DNA of 64,000 nucleotides, taken from Pecten maximus (Eukaryota). Shown here piece after piece: positions 38,301 through 50,500 of this stretch. The stretch is taken from positions 26,536,001-26,600,000 of the forward strand of contig NC_047018.1 in assembly GCF_902652985.1 (NCBI RefSeq). The letters run 5' to 3'. How positions within the stretch are numbered: position 1 is the first letter of the stretch; each line of letters opens with the position of its first letter. A program made the translations under genes and the position numbers. The notes below the pieces were generated by a model. It was not told the DNA's origin and did no database searches. It worked only from the letters and a program-made list of their open reading frames with translations.

Positions 38301-41130
38301 TCCATCGGTCCAGAGCAACTACAGACCGTGTTTGGTAGAATAACTAAGGTAATGTAGACTCCATTGGTCCAGAACAACTACAGACCGTGTTTGGTAGAAT
38401 AACTAAGGTAATGTAGACTCCATGGTCCAGAACAACTACAGACCGTGTTTGGTAGAATAACTAAGGTAAACTAGACTCCATTGGTCCAGGACAATTAGAG
38501 ACTGTGTTTGGTAGAATAACTAAGGTAATGTAGACTCCATCGGTCCAGAACAACTAGAGACTGTGTTTGGTAGAATAACTAAGGTAATGTAGACTCCATT
38601 GGTCCAGGACAACTAGAGACTGTGTTTGGTAGAATAACTAAGGTAATGTAGACTCCATGGTCCAGAACAACTACAGACTGTGTTTGGTAGAATAAGTAAG
38701 GTAATGTAGACACCACTAGTCCAGAACAACTAGAGACCGTGTTTGGTAGAATAACTAAGGTAATGTAGACTCCATCGGTCCAGAACAACTACAGACCATG
38801 TTTGGTAGAATAACTAAGGTAATGTAGACTCCATCGGTCCAGAACAACTACAGACCGTGTTTGGTAGAATAACTAAGGTAATGTAGACTCCATTGGTCCA
38901 GAACAACTACAGACTGTGTTTGGTAGAATAACTAAGGTAATGTAGACTCCATCGGTCCAGAACAACTACAGACCGTGTTTGGTAGAATAACTAAGGTAAT
39001 GTAGACTCCATCGGTCCAGAACAACTACAGACCGTGTTTGGTAGAATAACTAAGGTAATGTAGACTCCATGGTCCAGAACAACTACAGACCGTGTTTGGT
39101 AGAATAACTAAGGTAATGTAGACTCCATCGGTCCAGAACAACTACAGACCGTGTTTGGTAGAATAACTAAAGTAATGTAGACTCCATCGGTCCAGAACAA
39201 CTACAGACCGTGTTTGGTAGAATGATTTGAGGTAATTTAGTTTTAATTACACTGTATCGTGTTAACTTGAATTTTATATCTATATAAACAGTCTATTCAA
39301 ACACTCAATAATCTTCAAGTGTTAAATTATTAGTCACTTTTCAATAATAGAAGAGTAGGGTCCTGGTGGATCTATCAGTGTTCTAATTCGAAAACATATC
39401 TTGAAAGGCAAATTAATTTTTTTTGAGATTTTTTAAATTATTTTTTCCTCAGGTTGAAAATGACATGAGTGATCCTCTGGATATAGCGGAGATAGAGGAG
39501 GCTTACTTTCCTGACGATTCTCCGTACGGATTATTCCGTACTTGCAGGTAGCTTTACAGTTGTATATCTTTAACATTTAAACATTATACTCCAGTGACTG
39601 CCGAGGCCCCATGACAACTTGTTATATATCAAACAATAACCTCATATTAATGGTCAGTCCTGTTCCATTGTATACTATAGTGTACATAGTCAAGTCAGTA
39701 GGAGATCAGGGCTTTTTTTGAGGGCTTTTTGGGGTCGTTATTGGGCCCCATTACTAATTGGAATTATTTCATTTTAAAGCCAAATTCCCCAAATTTGCAG
39801 TTTACTCCTGAAAAACTCTTTCCCAATTCACCAATTTTCTTCCCAAAATGAGACAAAAAGGCCCCATCCCAAACCAGTGAGAAAAAGCCCTGGAGATATT
39901 TTATAGTATCATTTTTGAAGAGTCATTAATTTTAAATGATTCACAACTAAGCCTTCCCTGAACTTTAATACTGAAGTGTTTACATGAAGGGAGGGACTTA
40001 TTTGAGGAAAATATGGTGAATCATATTTAACATTTATTGTCATTAGGGAATATTTGTTTAACATTTCTGGTAATAAATCAGGATCTCCAAGGCATTAGAG
40101 TTTGTTTGTAAATGATAGAATACATGTAAACTGAGTATCAGTCCCATTTTATTTATTAATTTACACATAAGCATCTTTCGAGATCTATAATTTATCTATC
40201 CCTCGTAAAGAGATTAGGAGATAGATGCTATGACCGAAATGAAGAGGGTGTTTCTGTTGCAGATTTTACATGGATGACAGTTTAGTCATTAATGACAAGA
40301 CCACGAAACTAAAGAACTCTACGCTGGACTTCCTAGCCCTGGAGTTACGGTTCTTTGGTGGGACCATTGTTGATGAGATAGACCTTGAGGTTTCTCATGT
40401 CATGTTGGATAAAAGGTAAAAACTCTGTCCTATACATTCATATAGTGGTGGAGAGTAATTCCCCTGTGTAGTTAACACACTCACTAAGGTTTTGTCATCT
40501 TTATTATTTAGTTCAAATAGTACTTGTTGGTGGTTGTAGTGTTACACAAGGACATGTGATGTGATATCAGAGGCTTCCTTTGGTTATACAGTTTAAATTT
40601 CCAGTTGACATAAATATATTCTATAATAAATGATTATTTGAATTATAATTACCAGGGCCCAGTTGTTCCAAAGCTTATTAGCTCAATCACTTGATTAGTG
40701 AAAATATCATTTTTCCTTTAAATTTACTGTGTAGGAAGAGACTAAAAAGTGTTATAGTTTTATGAAGTTTCTACCAGAAATGATTTTATCTGGCTTTTAG
40801 CTTCTTGCAATTAACCTTATCACCTCTTGAACAATTGGGCCGTGGTCATGATACTTAAAAAAATAAATCCTGATTTCGGATTAGGATGATAAAGCCTTAC
40901 AAATAGCCTTGAGTTAGGATGATAGATACAAATGATTATCTGAATTATCTAATCAAGAAGAATTAACTGGCTCTAAATATTTTGATGGTAGTGACCTAAG
41001 TCGGCTGGAGGAAATAAAGGGAATGAGAAGACAAAGGAAAAAGAAGTTTCACATTGTCACCAAAGACTGGATCCGGCAGAGTATGGAGGAAGGAACCCTG
41101 GTATCAGAACGCAGCTTTGAACCATCCTAG
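20393..41130 (+). CDS. LIG4: DNA ligase IV (NHEJ ligase with C-terminal BRCT domains), 18 coding exons
   Basis: Exons 20393-20584, 21645-21722, 22081-22182, 22459-22767, 23115-23219, 24839-24945, 25312-25457, 25999-26200, 26820-27102, 27425-27592, 27926-28063, 28952-29098, 30033-30150, 34402-34534, 37802-37937, 39453-39547, 40263-40415 and 40992-41130. Motifs: ETKFDGER (adenylation Lys), [31 protein letters not shown]-like [17 protein letters not shown] and [14 protein letters not shown] at 41565. Confidence 0.97.
21078..21186. mobile_element. 109-bp hairpin MITE with a 9-bp TSD in LIG4 intron 1
   Basis: 48-bp inverted arms with one G/A difference, flanked by TGAGCAAGT on both sides (21069-21077, 21187-21195). 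Confidence 0.9.
23329..24444. repeat. 39-bp intronic minisatellite, about 28 copies
   Basis: Unit acatatttacatcgtcagtatgatgacctccacccacaa. It explains the periodic ORFs on both strands. Confidence 0.97.
28085..28632. repeat. 22-bp intronic minisatellite, about 25 copies
   Basis: Unit ccatagaaacataaatagtcct, starting about 20 nt after a LIG4 donor. Confidence 0.97.
29420..30005 (+). mobile_element. Degenerate HINE/Helentron-like non-autonomous element
   Basis: 5' tagcc..atggtgggcta stem, then a ccat/cgtc microsatellite remnant, about 2.5 tandem ~160-bp monomers (gttatc..aaaagtactgga), and a 3' atggtgggtg..ttgtt end. Confidence 0.55.
30487..34371. repeat. 3.9-kb compound minisatellite (ttttgactgttatca / tttYgaca modules) with a ~1003-bp higher-order duplication
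   Basis: The rare variant ggcattttgacttatc recurs at 30635 and 31638, each followed by the same module order. Confidence 0.97.
34580..35587. mobile_element. Tc1/mariner-pogo-type MITE (~1 kb) inserted in an (agaacagtatatat)n microsatellite
   Basis: TA|CAGTGGAACCTC..AAACCGAAC at one end and GTTCGGTTT..GAAGTTGCACTG|TA at the other. Subterminal gttcggt repeats. The microsatellite continues on both sides. Confidence 0.75.
35752..35794 (+). ncRNA. Minimal type I hammerhead ribozyme (Penelope-like element type)
   Basis: Stem I TCCC/GGGA; core CTGAAGA; stem II GCGGC/GCCGC; GAAA; palindromic rudimentary stem III AGTACT; cleavage triplet CUA (after 35790). Confidence 0.8.
36096..37572. repeat. ~64-bp intronic minisatellite, about 23 copies, G-tract rich
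   Basis: Unit ttatatagacagtggggtggggatctttgtcatgctccattcagagtaaaacaaaggtgtagtg. Confidence 0.97.
37894..39237 (+). repeat. 58/59-bp minisatellite made of the LIG4 exon 15 3' end plus its splice donor, about 23 copies
   Basis: Unit gtaatgtagactccatcggtccagaacaactacagaccgtgtttggtagaataactaag. The first copy overlaps the coding exon. Confidence 0.97.
39707..39892. mobile_element. 186-bp MITE with CAG..CTG termini and an apparent 5-bp TSD (hAT-like)
   Basis: TIRs CAGGGCTTTTT and AAAAAGCCCTG, with GAGAT on both flanks. Confidence 0.65.
40656..40841. mobile_element. ~186-bp MITE
   Basis: TIRs GGCCCAGTTGTTC and GAACAATTGGGCC. Confidence 0.6.
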
Positions 41131-41654
41131 TAAAGCAGACTACTCTTATATAGATCTCTTCTAAAACAGGTTCTTCAAACTATCATTATGATATCTAACA
41201 AGCCTCATGTAGGATAGGTTTATTTTGGAAACTGTACTAATGAAGTGAAATGATATGTGATAGTGCCATAAACTCAGGGTGATGTATACATACTAGTCCA
41301 CTCTGTTGTACAATTTTTACTAGAATTCTTCAACAGACATCTTGGACATGGATATCTTGGATGTGGATATTTTGGACATGGCTATCTAGAATAAGAATTA
41401 TCCTTGTATGGAATCAGATTCTTTTTTACAATGTGATACCTAGACAATTCAAATATAAAGATATTCTATCTCTTGTATTGTGTTGATAGTAGTGGAAGAG
41501 GGATATCACTCTTTATGTAGGCAGCAATAGGTAATTTGTATGTTCTTATGATATATTTATACATAATAAATCTGTGCAAAACATAAATCCAATAGTTTTG
41601 ATTTATGCATCCCTTTTTGCGAAACTTATCCGACACTTCTGATGTTCTGTCAAG

Positions 41655-42767
41655 GTACCTTGTATCTGGTGATCCCTAAGTGTACCGTGGGATATCTACA
41701 GTACACAGTTACCTGTGATACCTCAGTGTACCATGGGATATCTACAGTACACAGTTACCTGTGATACCTCAGTGTACCGTGGGATATATACAGTACACAG
41801 TTATCTGTGATACCTCTGTGTACCGTGGGATATCTACAGTACACGGTTACCTATGATACCTCTGTGTACCGTGGGATATCTACAGTACACAGTTACCTGT
41901 GATACCTCAGTGTACTGTGGGGTATCTACAGTACACAGTTACCTGTGATACCTCAGTGTACTGTGGGGTATCTACAGTACACAGTTACCTATGATACCTC
42001 TGTGTACCGTGGGATATCTACAGTACACGGTTACCTGTGATACCTCAGTGTACCGTGGGGTATCTACAGTACACAGTTATCTGTGATACCTCTGTGTACC
42101 GTGGGATATCTACAGTACACGGTTACCTGTGATACCTCAGTGTACCGTGGGATATCTACAGTACACGGTTACCTGTCATACCTCAGTGTACCGTGGGATA
42201 TCTACAGTACACAGTTACCTGTGATACCTCAGTGTACCGTGGGATATCTACAGTACACGGGTTACCTGTGATACCTCAGTGTACCGTGGGATATCTACAG
42301 TACACGGTTACCTGTGATACCTCAGTGTACCGTGGGATATCTACAGTACACGGTTACCTGTGATACCTCAGTGTACCGTGGGATATCTACAGTACACGGT
42401 TACCTGTGATACCTCAGTGTACCGTGGGATATCTACAGTACACGGTTACCTGTGATACCTCAGTGTACTGTGGGATATCTACAGTACACGGTTACCTGTG
42501 ATACCTCAGTGTACCGTGGGATATCTACAGTACACGGTTACCTGTGATACCTCAGTGTACCGTGGGATATCTACAGTACACAGTTACCTGTGATACCTCA
42601 GTGTACCGTGGGATATCTACAGTACACAGTTACCTGTGATACCTCAGTGTACTGTGGGATATCTACAGTACACGGTTACCTGTGATACCTCAGTGTACCG
42701 TGGGATATCTACAGTACACGGTTACCTGTGATACCTCAGTGTACCATGGAATATCTACAGTACACTG
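41655..42767. repeat. 46-bp hairpin-containing minisatellite, about 24 copies, between the convergent LIG4 and OMA1 3' ends
   Basis: Unit gttacctgtgatacctcagtgtaccgtgggatatctacagtacacR. Confidence 0.97.
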
Positions 42768-44509
42768 GTAATTGATCAAATAAAACTGGACAGAATACAC
42801 AACAGAAGATAAAAACATCACACTTTATTTCTTAAATTAAAACTTAAACTGTATCACAGATGTCCTGGTACACAAGCTTGTCTGGTGATTATGACATTAA
42901 TATATTTTTATCTTTCAACAATAAGATCACACAAACAATTTTACATGAAACATCACATGTATGTCACGGACAGTAAAACATCAGGAGCACTGAAATGAGT
43001 ATCTCTGGTCAAACGGCTGTGACAAAGATCTCCACACGATGGTCTGTAATATGTGTACGGTGTGGATATCTGTACCAAACCCATTCCTGGCTTTAACAGT
43101 ATTAATAAAAAAGTTGTGTTTTAAATCCCTTCAAACATGATTCAGACTTATATCTATGTGCCATGAACTACAACACATTCAGTGTGTTTACACTGATACT
43201 AATGATAACAGTGAAGTATTTGGTTAAGTTTGTGTTTACACTAATACTAATGATAATTGGGTCATGTTAATGATATGCTAAAAGTTTAAAAACTGAGCCA
43301 ATTATTTTAATACTAGTAAGTGCTAAGTTTAGCTTGAATAAAGTAAAAATCCAAAAAGTCCAATACTTTGCAGTATTCTTACTTGTCTATCATTTTCTTC
43401 AATTCTTACATACACTATTTTATATTACAGCACTTAACCAATCTGAAGTTTAAAATTTGAAAAAAAAAATAAAATCAAAGTAACTAGTGGTGACATCAGC
43501 TGGTACAGATACAGATACAGATACAGATACAGACGGTTCTGATGTCAGCATCAGGTTTTATGTTTTAATTATTGCATCTACACATGAGGTAGATTTCGAA
43601 GAACAATAACATGATTAATACCTAAAAACAAAAACTCAAACTGGAACCTTAAGACACTTGTAAGCAACCATCTACTCCCACACATCACATCATCCATGTT
43701 CACACATGTAGCTGCTCAAGATTTTTATGGTAGTTATTTTTTAATAATGCTGAGAATTTTATATTCAAGTGTTCACTTTATTACATAGTAACTGACACAT
43801 GTTATAAGGTATTCTCAGTCCGGGTACAAACTAGCAGCACTCCATTTCAACCTCCAGTCACACTCACTACAGTAAATGTAATACCAAATCGGCATTCTCC
43901 AAAGAGACCCTTCACCCTCTTCGAGTCCAATCTCAGGAAATGACTGGAGTATTATATTGATAACAACAAACACATACCCTGATACCACTAGGGGTCCTCC
44001 ATCATTAACTTACGGTCTTGATAATTTTACCTTTGTCATGGAGGGCAAATGTTTGGTACTGGGAAGGAGATTCCCCATGGTTAGTACACAGTATTTAAGG
44101 GTCAAAGTTATGTAATATCCTAATTTACTGTATGTTAAAGATATACAGGTACGTTTGTCTGTACAAAATTTACTGTCAACTTGTACCTCTCTGTTCAGTT
44201 CAACTGATTGACAGTACCCAACTTTTCCTTGTCACATAATAATTCTGCTGTAACTTTTGGTTACATTTTCAGAGATATACCGTTTCTGTACACACTTGTT
44301 ATAAAATTCTATAGGTCACAAGAATCAACAGCTGTTAAACTTTGCACAGATATCTTCAGTTGTATTTCTTATCAAATTTAGAACTTCCTTAATATTGTTT
44401 TTTAACCTTTGTGTAGTAAATATATCTCAATGACCAGCACCTCAATTATAAATGGAGTCCAGGCCAAGAAGTTCGTGAAGGCTGATATAATACTTATTGT
44501 CTGTCCAAT

Positions 44510-47500
44510 TCACACTTTCTGTGGCTGCTGTATTCTACCTGTGCTGGAAACCTTGGGTACCAAGGATAAGTTCTGTCCTGCTTTACGAGCGATAACCACA
44601 TTGTCAACTTTTTTCTGGATCATTTTAGCACGAATGCGAGGGTCAATTTCAGGCAGCTTTGGACATTTACACTCATCCCGTATATTGATAGCCTGAAAAT
44701 AAAAAAGTTGGTCATTAATTTGACAATTACATGGTGCTACTGGTCCAATGACGTTAGTGGTACATGTTTGTGTGTCAAGGTTATACAAGGTCATACTGGA
44801 TCACCCAATTTCTACTGATAAATCTGTGTTTACGATATACATGTACATTGTACCTCTAAAATTGTTTTCACTCCTTAAAAAAAGTCTTGTTTGCCTTTAT
44901 AAAGCAGAAATCATCACATCTTTGAATAAATATGTTGTTCATTCCCAGAAAACAAAAAATTGTTTCTTAAATTCTATCCAAAAGCTTATTTGATATTAAA
45001 CATTACCTTTGCCATTAGTTTTTCCATGGTGGATATTCGATTTTCATTAGAAGGATGTGTTGATGTAAATTCTAGACCTTTTGCTCCAGTGAGATCTCTC
45101 ACCATCATCATATTTCTCCACAGAACACTTCCTTCTCGGACATCAAAACATGCCTGAAAGAAAAATTGTCCCATCTCAATAGGTTGTATGTTATTAAAAG
45201 TTTTCAAAATGCATGGTACGTATATTGTATGATATTTTTCAAAATGCACTGTAAAAGTGTAAATGATTTTTATTGTATTTAAAAAAAATTGCAATGAAAC
45301 ATTTGTTGTATAAAACAGATCACTTAGGTCAATTATAGTCATAGATTAGGTCCTTAAGTATATATATACCTATCCAGAACTGTAAAGGTACACTATTTTC
45401 ACACAATGTGTGACAATGAACAGAAGAGGAAAAACTACCAGACAGGGACTGTAACCCGTGACCTCCGACCTCTAGACGGACATTCTAAACATTTGAGCTG
45501 CCTAGCCCAGTCCAGTTCCGCTACATAAGTGTCCTACCTTAGCTGCCATTTCCAGGCCTACCACATCAGCCTCTTCCTCCAACTCTCTGCTGAAGGTCAA
45601 AGTGAAGGTGTACTGCAAACAGAAAATACAGGTAGACAGCCATGTTTATGTATACAAATATTTGCTCTAATTTTAAAATATTTGGCAGTTCTTTTTCTCT
45701 TTGAGTTAATTTTGTAATTATCAACAAAATCTTCAGCAGTTTAACTGATGAAATATTCTGGAGTATTACAGGATAAAGATATTATGATCGTTGAGCATAA
45801 CCTACATCAGTAACTTATTACAGTGCTAAACATTCCTTGTCAAATATTTGTATCTACTCACATGCATGACTTTCTCCATGAAGTACTGGGTGATGATGGC
45901 GATTCCATCTGATGGTATCATGGTCCAGATAGCAGTCATGAAGAAGATGATACAGTAGTCAAGAAACTGGCTCTTAGACAGTGCCTCAATCTGTGACAGA
46001 ATTGTTCAGATCATTGTCATAAAAAAGAAATAGGTGTAAGATCATTGTCATCAAAAAGAAATAGGACGTACAAATATGCAAGGGGCCCATGGGCCTTAAC
46101 GGTCATCTGACTCTAAAGACCCTTGTACAATTGTAGTATACATTCTCATTAGTAAGTTTAGTGGTACTGTTGGCTATGGCAGTCATCTTAAATTTAGACC
46201 AACCAAAAGAATAAAAACACTTAATCAGAACCATCTCAAGATCATTTTAGCTAAGACTGAGTTGAATGCCACTGGTAGAATTTAAGAAGAAGTTTGAAAT
46301 AGGCATTCAGGAAAGCCATGAATGCGCAATCATGTTACAAAATGGCCGCCGTGGCTACCATGTCAATATTTTTACCAGTCCAAAAAATAACAACACTTTT
46401 TAGCTTCCCTTCCTTAACATCTTCACCAATTTCAAGCTCAACGGCACCAGTGGAAATGGAGAAGAAGCTTAAAATGTGAAAAATTTACGCACGGCACATG
46501 GCAGACGACAATGGACGAAGCATGATGACAAAAATATACTATTTAAAAAATCTTAATAATTGCTAGTTATTTTATGATTCACTTCAATTATATCTTAGTA
46601 TTATGTCTTTTTTTGTCAGAAAACTATCACATGAGTTGTATCAAACTGACTAAGCTCCATATATATTTATTACCTTTAACACAAGACTCACCAAACTTCA
46701 GGAATAACACTATCAATTAACCAGAGTAATTAACTTATGGTTTATGTCTCTTCTCTATTTCTATAAACCTCATTTTCACTGAACCCCACTAAGCTATAGT
46801 ACATGGAATAAAATATGTAATACTGTTATTTGTCACATGTCAAGGCTGTCTAAGAGTATTGTGGAAGTTTTCAAATTAAATTGTGTTACAGCTAGTCCCA
46901 AGCTAAAATACCCATGTTCAGAGTACAGTTACTAGCAAACACTGCATAGTTAAGAAAATATTTAAAATTTGTGCAATAAATATTTTTCCAGACATACTGA
47001 TGACAATTTTAAGATTTTTGTTTTTTTCGACCAAATGTAGTTAAAGTATTACAGAATGTGAGCAAATAGAGTGCAACATTTAAAAAACAGATATACAGGA
47101 ATACATTTACTTACTGAATGTGAACAAACAGCGTGTGCCATTTCATGAGCAAATACAACAGCCAGTTGGTCCTCATTTTCAATCAAATTCAACATTGCTG
47201 ATGTGAAGAAAACATGGCCGGTCTGTAATTACACAAGAAGATGATGTTATATCCTGGATGGTAAATGTGCAGATTCAATAAAACAAACACAGGTAAGTGG
47301 TTTATATTACAAGTTTTACACCTGTAAGTGGTTTATATTACAAGTTTTACACCTGTAAGTGGTTTAAATAACAAGTTTTACACCTGTAAGTGGTTTATAT
47401 TACAAGTTTTACACCTGTAAGTGGTTTATATAACAAGTTTTACACCTGTAAGTGGTTTATATTACAAGTTTTACACCTGTAAGTGGTTTATATAACAAGT

Positions 47501-50500
47501 TTTACACCTGTAAGTGGTTTATATTATAAGTTTCCTGTCTCCACTACAATACTTGACATTTAATGCCAACATAATTCGGCACCATGTGACTTTACAGACA
47601 TGTATCATGGGTAATCTGTTTGGTATCATGTGACTTTACTGACATGGATCATGGGTAATCTGTTTGGTATCATGTGACTTTACTGACATGGATCATGGGT
47701 ATTGTGTTTGGTATCATGTGACTTTATGGACACTAATCATCGGTAACAGTATTGGACACAATTTAAATGATACATACACTTATTTGTAAAGAAGGTGGAA
47801 ATGTCAATAACAAAGTTTACCAAATCTTATACTCTGTACAGGAATCTTTATCTCAATGGAAAGAAACATTTTGTTACTTACTGGGAGGACGAAAGCATTG
47901 AGTGCTGGATCGTCGACAATGATTAATTTCCACTTCAAATCTTTAAGTATTGGCAGGTCTGAATTGGCTGCCAACAGTCTCTTGGCTACCCGCAACAGTG
48001 GCTGGTACAGAATATGTGAGGATAGTAACGTCCGATCCTTGTACTGTTCTATGTGCTGAAAAACATGCTTCTTTATGATTTTCAAGTTAAAATATCATTC
48101 TAACTACATGTAACAGCTGTAATGATGTGGCTCTATGACAGGACAACATATATTCTACCGAAATATATACATATATGTATAGACAAATCTTATCACAGCT
48201 AAACATGTACAACAAACAATAGATGATTCTGCTGCTTAGCGGAGGTATGGGAAGTATAATTAGCTGTCCAGAAGTTGTCTCTTATGGCTGCTGTATACAA
48301 AAATAATAATGATAAATATCAAATACTCAAATAAATATAATAATAAATATGAAAGTATAAAAAAAAGCAATTCTAAGATATAGTTATCATACAGGTATAA
48401 ACAAGGAATTACAATATGTATAAAATTTGAACATATCCTGCTATTCCCTTCATTTAGAAACAGAACTCTGAGAAATCCACCAACCAAACAATATTTTTGT
48501 TGATCCTGAGTCATTGTGACTACAATGTTATATGTTTATGTCTCTTCTTCAGTCTGTTGCTACAGGAAATTTTGGCTATATCTTGTTTTAACAAAAGACA
48601 TTGACAGTCGGACTGTACAATTTCAAACCTATATTTAACACTAATGGAACACTGTCATCATAAATACATGTAATACTTTATAAATAAACCACCAGGTCAT
48701 CTGTGGAGTGAATATATTGAGGGTAATGTATAAGTACAGTGGCATGGTATTTCAGTCTGATTTTTACACCATTTAGTAATACAGATATGATGTACCTTTT
48801 CAACATCCTGTTTGATGATAAGGATGTGACATATCTGTTTGACCTCACACTCACTGACCTTTAAACCCTGTTTGACCTCACACTCACTGACCTTTAGACT
48901 CTGTTTGATGATAGGGATGTGTTGTACCTGTTTGACCTCACACTCACTGACCTTTAAACCCTGTTTGATGATAAGGATGTGATGTACCTGTTTGACCTCA
49001 CACTCACTGACCTTTAAACCCTGTTTGATGATAAGGATGTGATGTACCTGTTTGACCTCACACTCATTGACCTGTAGACCTTGTTTGACCTCACACTCAC
49101 TGCATGACCTTTAAACCCTGTTTGACCTCACACTCACTAACCTTTAGACCTTGTTTGATAATAAAGATATTGTATGACATACCTGTTCAGCTTCATACTC
49201 GCTGACCTTCAGAACCTGTTCTGGAGTAAGTATGATGAACTGTTTCCGGTTGGTTATGGGTGTGATTTGGTTGGAGGTGTATAAATGGTACATTAATATC
49301 AATGGTATGCCGACCATTGACACATACACCAACACATACATCAACTTTTTCCATCCTGGCAGATCCTTGAACCATTGTCGATATACTCTGTGTAAAAATC
49401 ACACATACAAAAATTATTATCCTGTGACAAGTGATTGCATGCTATGAAATACATGTATTTTCAAATTGATTGGTGAACATTTTCTAAATGTTGATGTCTC
49501 TAAATTCCTGTACATTTTGTATATATATTATGCAAACATCAAACCAAAAAATATGAGAAATAACTAAGAGAAGCCAACTTTCCATGAAGTATACACTACT
49601 ATCAAGTTAGAGCCTGATGAAAAGTTAATCATTTTTGTGGTTTCTACTAGACCATAAAATAAAAATGTATTTTAAAGTTTGATAAGTGACTGTTGTTCAT
49701 TTTACCACAAAATAATCAGACATTACCATGTTATACAATTAATTTGCTGCAGTTATATGAGGCTGTGTTGACCTACCGTGATGTAATGACTGTTACATGA
49801 CTGACTAAACAACACAACACAACAGTTATACGAGGCTGTGTTGACCTACCGTGATGTAATGACTGTTACATGACTGACTAAACAACACAACAGTTATATG
49901 AGGCTGTGTTGACCTACCGTGATGTAATGACTGTTACATGACTGACTAAACAACACAACACAACAGTTATACGAGGCTGTGTTGACCTACCGTGATGTAA
50001 TGACTGTTACATGACTGACTAAACAACACAACACAACAGTTATATGAGGCTGTGTTGACCTACCGTGATGTAATGACTGTTACATGACTGACTAAACAAC
50101 ACAACAGTTATATGAGGCTGTGTTGACCTACCGTGATGTAATGACTGTTACATGACTGACTAAACAACACAACACAACAGTTATACGAGGCTGTGTTGAC
50201 CTACCGTGATGTAATGACTGTTACATGACTGACTAAACAACACAACAGTTATATGAGGCTGTGTTGACCTACCGTGATGTAATGACTGTTACATGACTGA
50301 CTAAACAACACAACACAACAGTTATACGAGGCTGTGTTGACCTACCGTGATGTAATGACTGTTACATGACTGACTAAACAACACAACAGTTATATGAGGC
50401 TGTGTTGACCTACCGTGATGTAATGACTGTTACATGACTGACTAAACAACACAACACAACAGTTATACGAGGCTGTGTTGACCTACCGTGATGTAATGAC

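Noticed and set aside
41655-42767. Palindromic direct repeats that superficially resemble a CRISPR array
   Set aside because: There are no unique spacers and no cas genes, and the context is eukaryotic. The same reasoning applies to 11281-11998.
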